From: Octopus vulgaris
Lineage: Eukaryota
Reading direction: 5' to 3'
Length of the DNA: 64,000 nt
NCBI GenBank assembly: GCA_951406725.2
Contig: OX597823.1
Coordinates: forward strand, 41,168,001 to 41,232,000
Below, one piece after another: positions 56,151-64,000 of the stretch. Positions within the stretch are counted from its first letter, which is position 1. Each line of letters opens with the position of its first letter. The position numbers and the translations under genes were made by a program. The notes below the pieces were generated by a model. It worked only from the letters and a program-made list of their open reading frames with translations, had not been told where the DNA came from and did not search any database.

Positions 56151-57605
56151 ACAACATGCTATACAAGCTTGCCTGGCTACAGTATTGTCATAAGCATTAA
56201 ACTTACAGTAGTTCAATCTTAAATCCTCTGTAGGTTTTATATATGTATATGTATGTACTATATAGGCTTATTTCTGTTTTTGTCTACCAAATTCACTAAC
56301 AAATCTTTTACCAGTCAGGGCTGTAGTAGAAGATACCCAACCAAGGTGCCATAGAGTGGAACTGAAACCTAAACCATGTGTTTGGGAAGCAAACTTCTTA
56401 CCTCACAACCATACCTGCATCGTCTGTGTATAGCAAATAAACATGAAAATATCATTTTCTTTCTTTCTTAGTTCCCCCTGGGACTAAATATTTGCATAGA
56501 TGAGTCATGGCTTCTGTTTTCAGCTAGATATAGAAATGATCTACAATTCCTTAGGTTATAGATGCTAAGATTTAGGCTGATTGTTTCTTTGCCATAATTC
56601 CCATGGAAATTGTATACTATATCATATTAGTTGTTGCAACAGAAACTCTTTGTCCTCCCTGTTTGGGAATAGCTTCCCATTTTCCTACATCTACAGTTCT
56701 CCCATATATTGCTTGTATTGAATAACAGGCTTTTGAAATATAATAAATAATAATTTGGGGAAAAGAAAGCTGGAGGTATTTTCTCTTGAATTTTTATTAA
56801 TACAGCTGTTGCTCAAGGTGAAGGAGAGAGAGAGCAGATGGGGGAGAGTGGAGAAGAGACAGAGAGAGAAAAAAAATGGGAGAGAAATGAGACAAAAGGC
56901 AGGAAAGAGAGAGCATATCCCAAATGGTTCCTTTTTCCATTCTCAGTAAAAATTTTCCTTGGAATGAATAAATGCAAAAAGGAAATGGATTTGGCACAGT
57001 TGTAGTATTTTGTGGAAGTCCTTTCTTGGAGTAGTAATACTGCAATCTCAACAAACCAAACCTATGGCCTAGCATTTACTCTGAATTGCCACTACTTCAC
57101 TTAGTTATATATATATATATATATGACAAAGACAATTATTTCATATCTATTTTATCCTCTCCTCTATGACTTATTGAACAGATACTGCCATTATGAAAAG
57201 TGATATCAGAAATGCAAGCATTTGTTATTTTATTCTTTTTAGCATATTTGCATGAAATAACTTATTTCTTTCTAAATAAAAATAAAGAAAATACCTTTTA
57301 CTATATTTGTACTTCTATAATTGTTGCTGTTGCTACAATTATTATAATACAGTAACATGTCTAAAGACTTGAAGATGTGCTCTTAACAGACCATGCTCTA
57401 AATCCAGTTTCATTGACTAGTTGGAAAGGTTTCCGTTTGTTATTAACAGCCTCAATAAAGTCATTCCATTACATCTCTCATTCCATTACATTACATCTCT
57501 CCTGAGAAATAAAGGAAATATATCACAAGGATGTTAAAGATGATTCTGGTGGTATTGAGACAGTTTAGAAGCTTCACCAATCTTATTCAAAATCTTATTC
57601 AAAGT

Positions 57606-57788
57606 CTTTTGATGTAAATTGGTGTCCATCAGCATAAGAATCTTGTTTAATGATGGACCAAAGATTTTCAATAGGGTTAAGATCCAGAGATGCTAGCAGC
57701 CACACCATCAACCTTTCACCTTGTATGTTGTAAAACCCTAGGAATGTTTGGGTGGTCCTAGCAGAGTGGGAGGGAGCATTGTTATGCA
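57606..57788 (-). mobile_element. 183-bp duplicate of the neighbouring Tc1-like transposase interior (59115-59297)
   Basis: One mismatch seen by eye; shares the same disabling substitutions. Confidence 0.92.
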
Positions 57789-58329
57789 AGTTCAAATCAT
57801 CCTAGCCTTTACTTAGTATTTCTTCCCGCTGGCTTCAATAAAATACTAGTAATGTTTTGTTGGTTCAACTAACCTAGTCGTTTTCAGAAAATTATTGTTT
57901 AACCCTGGGTCTGCTTTTATCAAGTATATCTGTAATCAAAATTACTCCAATAATGATCATTTTACTTTGATGTCTAACAGTGATAACCTTGTTCAATGTT
58001 CCTGACCCACTTTTTTTTTAAGACAGCAAGATGCAATTTGAAAGAAATTTGGCTGCTGTTGTTAGCAGATTACATGATCATGTAGAGTCTCCACATTTGC
58101 AGTATATACTAATTTGTGATTATAATTCTGAGCACTATGTTATTGAAAGCTGACTTCCTTCCTGAACGGAATGTCTACACTTGGCAAAACTGGGAATGCT
58201 ACAAAACTTCATTTCCTTTATATGTGACTTCCTCTCTAAATTATAAAATCAATTTTATTCACAATCATCCTTGATTTACTCATTATAATCATCATTAATT
58301 TAGTCACCATAACCATCATTAATTTATTA

Positions 58330-58510
58330 GTTTCAAATTTGGGGCAAGAGAAAAGGTCAATTACATTGACCCCAATATTCACCTGATACTTATTTTATCG
58401 ACTCTGAAAGGATGAAAGTCAGTGTCAACCCCAGAAAATCTGAACTCAGACGGACGAAATGCCACTAAGCATTTTGCCTGGTGTACTAATGATTCTGCCA
58501 GCTCACTACC
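58330..58510 (-). mobile_element. SINE family A, minus strand
   Basis: Reverse complement of the head (gattctgccagctcactacc) and Meta-like domain (tacttattttatcgactctgaaaggatgaaag). Confidence 0.8.
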
Positions 58511-58681
58511 TTATAACCATCATTATTGCTACATTAGTTTCCGATTGGTAAATTCTCAATATTTTAAGGTGTACAGAGTTACTTTCACTCTTCTTATTTC
58601 ATTCTTTGGTACAGGTATGGCTGTATGGTTAAGAGGAGACAAGCATGGTTGCAGGATTAACCCCTCTGATAGACATATATA

Positions 58682-60181
58682 CACCCAGAACCACACTAAT
58701 AGCTTAGGAGTGAAATTTAGGATTTCTCGGGTTTTCTGTGAATCGATTTTGATAAGACTTTCCCCAGCTACTTTACATATTATGGCAACACCATTTTATG
58801 TTTTCATCATTTCAGATTTTTCAGTGTTTGGATGAGCCATGCTAATAGCTTCTGAATGAAAATAGCCCATCTAGACATTATTTTTTCAGAAAATGAAGGG
58901 TAATGATACACGTTAAGCATACATTGATTATATATTTAACAGAAAACCATAATAATTTTATAACATTTATTGACACCATGAATTATTTAGCCATGATGAA
59001 CGCCATTTCGACAGATAACTTCTAAAACCCTATTAGTCATGAAATCTGTCAATTTCTTAATAGTAAGGTTGGACTGCCTCTGTTGCAGCTTTGATGGTTG
59101 CCCATAAAAAACAGCTTTTGATGTAAATTGGTGTCCATCAGCATAAGCATCTTGTTTAATGATGGACCAAAGATTTTCAATAGGGTTAAGATCCAGAGAT
59201 GCTAGCAGCCACACCATCAACCTTTCACCTTGTATGTTGTAAAACCCTAGGAATGTTTGGGTGGTCCTAGCAGAGTGGGAGGGAGCATTGTTATGCATGA
59301 ATACGAGATTCCTCAGAAGTGACAACAGTATGTCATTTAGCCAGGGATCTGAGACCTCCCTCAAGAGATTGCAGTAGGCATCTGCGGTCACTTTAACCTC
59401 TTCAGACACCCTAGCTGGGCCAACAAGACTGTCACCAATGATACTAGCCCACAACATGACTCTTCTACCCTGTTGTTGACATCATAAACGTTGGTGACAC
59501 TCATCTCCAAAATGCACCCAACCATTTTCCCAACTGTCAGGTTTGCCAAGGGTTGCCTTGGTTTCGTCAGTGAACTGAACACAGCTCATATCAAACAACA
59601 TGTACTTTTGGGCTCATTGAAGTCTCAAACTCCTGCAAGGAGACATTTTCACATGGAAGCCATGGTCCTGAGGATGTGATTTCTGGTGTTTTTCAGTGCA
59701 TGAGGAAGTCCAGAGATGGTGAAAATGGCTTTGTTTTATTGTCCAGGTTTCCCACATAACTTGCAGCCAATATCCCTTAAATCCCTAGCTGTCACAGTCT
59801 TGGAGGTCTCACAATCAGATCGTATCTTTCTTGTTGCTCATGTGGCTAAATAATTCATTATGTCAATAAATGTTATAATATTATTACAGTTTTCTGTTAA
59901 ATTTATACTCAATGTGTGCTTAATATGTATTATTACCCTTTATTTTCTGAAAACAAATGTCTAGATGGGCTATTTTCATTCAAAAGCTATTAGTGTAGTT
60001 CACCCAAAAACTGAAGAATCTGAAATAAAAATGAAAGGATGTTACACAGAATAATGAAGACAATAACAATGGTGTTGCCATAGTGTGCAAATCAGCTGGG
60101 ATAAGTTTTATCAAAATCGTTTCACAGAAAACCAAGGAAATCCTAAATTTCACTCCTAAGCTATTAGTATGGTTCTGGGTG
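58682..60181 (-). mobile_element. Tc1-like DNA transposon of DD37E/TRT type, non-autonomous, ~315-340-bp terminal inverted repeats
   Basis: TA|cacccagaacc...ggttctgggtg termini; TIRs 58682-~58995 and ~59842-60181; decayed transposase (F)TDETKATL...VMLWASI...FMH(D>N)NAPSH...DLNPIENLW with 37 residues between the second catalytic position and E. Confidence 0.9.
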
Positions 60182-60358
60182 TCCACTACACATTCTTTAT
60201 TTTCTCTCCTTGTTTCTTTCTGTGTTCCTTTCTGTGGAAGAGCGTAGGCTCGAAACGTTAAAAACTTTTTCACTTCCCGAGCATATATACTAATACATCT
60301 GTTTATTGTCTACACCACCTGTCTTCGTCTTTTGTTTTTTTAGTGAATTCTTCCCCTA
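60182..60358 (+). mobile_element. Penelope-like fragment with degenerate hammerhead (60228-60263), ending in (TA)n
   Basis: ttt-CTGTGGA-a-GAGC-gtag-GCTC-GAAA-cg-TT-aaa; palindromic stem III ACGT. Confidence 0.65.
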
Positions 60359-61131
60359 TATATATATATATATATATATATATTGCATATCTGTATAGGA
60401 ATTGTTTATGTGCATAATTGTTTGAATACCATTGATGAATGAAATGTTACTTAGCAATCCAAGTTCAATTCAAAAGTAAACTTGTTCACTGCCTCATTCC
60501 TTCCACCTTGTGATTTCCAACCATAGTAAATAGCAAGAGGAGGAATAATTACACCCAGATTACACTCCTTCAACATAATACAGAGTGTGACAAAAATACG
60601 CACCACCACCTTTTACCATTCTTGATAGAAATTTCAATAGTGAAAACAAGATGTGCACTGATGCAAATATAATGGTAACAGAAAAAAGAAACAGATGAAA
60701 CATTAGCTGCATGAATATATCACATTAGCACCTGCATAACTTCATTAACATCACACCAATGACTGTGTAAAATATGGAAGATTTTTCAGTAGCGTCCTGA
60801 GCATTGAGGCAAAATATTCAATAGGTATGTGTGTGTGAGTGTATCTATGCTGTAACATTGTTGGCATTAGGAAGGGTATCCAGCCATAAAAACCATGCCA
60901 AAGCAGACATTGGAGCTCAATGCAGTCCTTGGACATATTGGATTCTGTTAAACCATCCAACCTATGTCAATTTGGAACATGGATATTAAATGATGATGAG
61001 TCTGCGGTACTTACATTTTCCATATATTTATGATTTACTATCATATTTGGTCTGAAAGATACAGTGATTATTCAATCAACAATTGTTTCCATTTTTTGTA
61101 ATGAATAAATCTAGACTCTTCCATCTTTCAT

Positions 61132-61315
61132 CTTTTACTAGTTTCAGTCATTAGACTGCTGCCATGCTGGGGCACCTCCTTGAGGAATTTTAGTTGAACT
61201 AATCGACCTCAGTACTTATTTTCTTTCTAAGCCTGGTACTTATTCTATTAGTCTCTTTTGCTGAATCACTAAGTTATAGGGATATATGTACCCAACACCA
61301 ATTGTCAAGTGGTGG
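61132..61315 (-). mobile_element. SINE body (family D)
   Basis: cttttactagtttcagtcattagactgctgccatgctggggcac...gtacttattctatt; related copies at 16900, 25380 (opposite orientation), 34483 and 48560. Confidence 0.75.
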
Positions 61316-64000
61316 TCACACACACTCACAAAATATTCAGTTTTGATGCTTATATTTTAATTTAGATTTTTAGGCTATTTCCTCTTGGTCACATCTACAT
61401 CACGATATGGAGATTGGAAGCTGACATTATTCTGAATAATTCTAAACCCTTGTTTTTATACATTTTCTCAAATTCATTTGGTAAAATATTCTATAATTTC
61501 AAAAGTTGGGATCATTGAAAATATACAATTTTTTTCATTGTCCCTCACAATGATATTGTAGTAGTTTGTTTTAGTTATTCTTTAGAAACACAGATATGTC
61601 TCGTTTATATGGTTTCTATTGTTATAAATGTTTCTACCATCTGTTTTTCTGTGCTAAATTTTTCACAGGTAAAACTTTTCTACATACATGCATTTATAAG
61701 AGGAAGGTGAAGGGTGTGGAGGTAGATGTGAATGTGAGATGAAATGGATGGCAAGTGGAGGGTGTGGTAGAAGTGTATGTGTGTATGGGTATGTGTATGA
61801 GCTGTTCTTAGGAGAGAAGTGAGAGAAGAACACATGAAAATATGAAGAAAGAAAAATTACACTACAACACTAAGACAACAAAAGAAGTTCTGTTTTTATT
61901 TCTGTGAGAGAAGAAAATAAGGGGAGCACACAGGAGGATAAAAATGAAGGTGATAGAAGTAGGTGCACATGCCAGAATGTAGAACATGAAGTATTTAAGT
62001 GGAAGGTAGGAAAAACGAAAAGTATATATATGTGTTATTTATTTCACATCCATTTCTCCAATGCTAGCATTCATTAGATGAATTCATATTATTGAAGCAT
62101 AATTTTTACAGCAACATGCTCTTTCTATCATCAACACTTGTTTCTCAATTGAGAGATTTGTTTTTATCCCACGTATCTTTGAAAGCATAGCAGTAACAGA
62201 TGATTTATTGGCAGGGAATGACAATGACCTTCAACGTTTGTAGCTCAAAAGATTTTTATGCAAATACAGAACATTAACATTTCAGCAAGCACACACACAC
62301 ACACACACACCATCATCATTTAACGCCCACTTTTCCATGTTTGCATGGGTCAAATAGAATTTGTTGATACAGATTTTGTTGTGTATTAGTGCATATGATG
62401 GGCTTCTCTCATTTCTGTTTACCAAATTCACTCACAAAGCCTGGGGCTATAGTAGAAGACACTTCACAAAAGTTATCACATGGTTCAGAAGCAACCTTCT
62501 TTCACAATGGACTCTATACATTTTTCCTGTCTCTCTTCCATTTTATTTCCAACTCCATCCTTAATAAACATAGACTTAATGCTCAACAAACTCCACCTTA
62601 TAGACTTAATACCTTTCTCATTGAGTCCTGGAGTCAACCTTAGACTCCCATTGCTAGTTCTCTCCACATTTACAAATAATTTTAGAATCAACATAGTTTT
62701 GGGAAACATTTAGCTTCTCTTCTCATCTTGCTTTCAATGTTGTCCCACAAGTCAGTTTTGTTTGGTTTTCCTGCTAACAGAAAACAAGTGAAAGACTACT
62801 GATGCAATGAATTTAAATGAAGACAAATATTTTATTACAGGAGATGTGAGATTACAGGATATTACATCAGCTTCAGCTAAATATAGAATACCAGACAACA
62901 CAACATCACTGCTATGCATCTGTCCATCTGGTAGTTAAACCTTTAGCTTTTCAACCGATCATGTCCAGCCAAGATGTTCTACACGTTTTATGTTCATTTT
63001 GGTCAGATCTGCCCTCTTATATCTACCCTACAATGTTAGTTTAAAACTAAACAATCATATTAATGAAATCTTAAAGCTATGAAATAATGCATAATTAATT
63101 CAAAACAATGTGAATAAACAAGCAGTAATCTGAAGGCTAAAGAGTTCAGCCCTCTACACTGCTACAACAATGTAACATATGACTTGACTTGTCCTTGAGC
63201 CACATGGCAGGTTCACCCTCTTAGAGAGCAATAATTTTTAGTAAGAATTAGTACAGGTTAGAACTAACAATTTTGCTCTCTTTGTATAAGACAGTCACTT
63301 TGGTACTAATGATAAAATGGACCTAGTATATTCTGTAAATTGGTTGATGGTAAGAAAACCTGCTAAAATTGGACTGTTTGAATGAGATGTGAACTTCAGA
63401 AGCTGCATCATTGGTTACCTTTCTGGGAAGGTAGTAACTCTGCACAAGAGTTGCTAGGAAGCTGAGGGGACTCTTTCAGTCTTCTGCATGTGAGACAACC
63501 CTTCTGACATCAGTGAAAGGATAAAATATACCTCGTCTATACTGTGAAATATATGCAACACCAAAGTTTATTGATTTTCTCTCATCAACTGCTTGGAAGA
63601 CGGCATGTTCTGTTGTGAAGAAAATGTCCAATGTATGCCAGCATGGAAAATAAGCATAAAATGATGTTGTTGATGATAATGATGATAGCGACAACAATGA
63701 TAAAGATAATAACAATGATGATAAAAATGACACCAATAAAATGTTAATTACTTGTAGGGACACGGTATTTCGTTATGCAACCATAGTATACTGCAAAGTA
63801 TATTAAACGTTTTACAAGTCAATACTGTGTCTTACTGCATTAGCAGTGCTATTAAATTGCATTTTAAGGTTATATCACAATACAGTATACCAAATGCTTT
63901 ATAAGTCATTACTGTGTCCTACAGTTACTACAAATAAAATGATCCAGTTCTATATTTAAGAGATGAGGAATTATGTACATTATTTACATTCGACGAATAT

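Noticed and set aside
55601-56200. 199-aa Gly/Ala/Val-rich ORF as a structural protein
   Set aside because: Decayed triplet repeat open in several frames and on both strands.
62807-62938. 43-aa ORF MNLNEDKYFITG... after an acceptor-like site
   Set aside because: All frames from the acceptor hit stops; no recognisable homology.

Overview
Eukaryotic, AT-rich, microsatellite-saturated DNA. The SINE families, (TAA)n-inserted R4/Dong LINEs and RTE tails suggest a cephalopod (Octopus-like) genome; this is an inference from repeat content. Almost all ORFs in the supplied track are microsatellite artefacts. Supported content: a 5'-truncated, disabled R4/Dong non-LTR retrotransposon (29325-32078, -) with a tandem fold-back array at its 3' end and a 34-bp x4 reiteration at its 5' junction; two more Dong 3' fragments; two copies of a ~520-bp non-coding (TAA)n-targeting element; RTE and CR1/L2 fragments; a DD37E (TRT-type) Tc1-like element whose two ends both appear to be the 3' end; many tRNA-derived SINEs; and candidate exons of an unidentified + strand host gene (46.4-54.5 kb) in a CpG-depleted right half. 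The most unusual signal is a set of short insertions, mostly in (TA)n tracts, that carry minimal type-I hammerhead ribozyme motifs (Penelope-like) and are often fold-backs. One of them holds an inverted pair of hammerheads with a swapped G3-C8 core. All alignments and folds were done by eye, so ends of old repeats are approximate.
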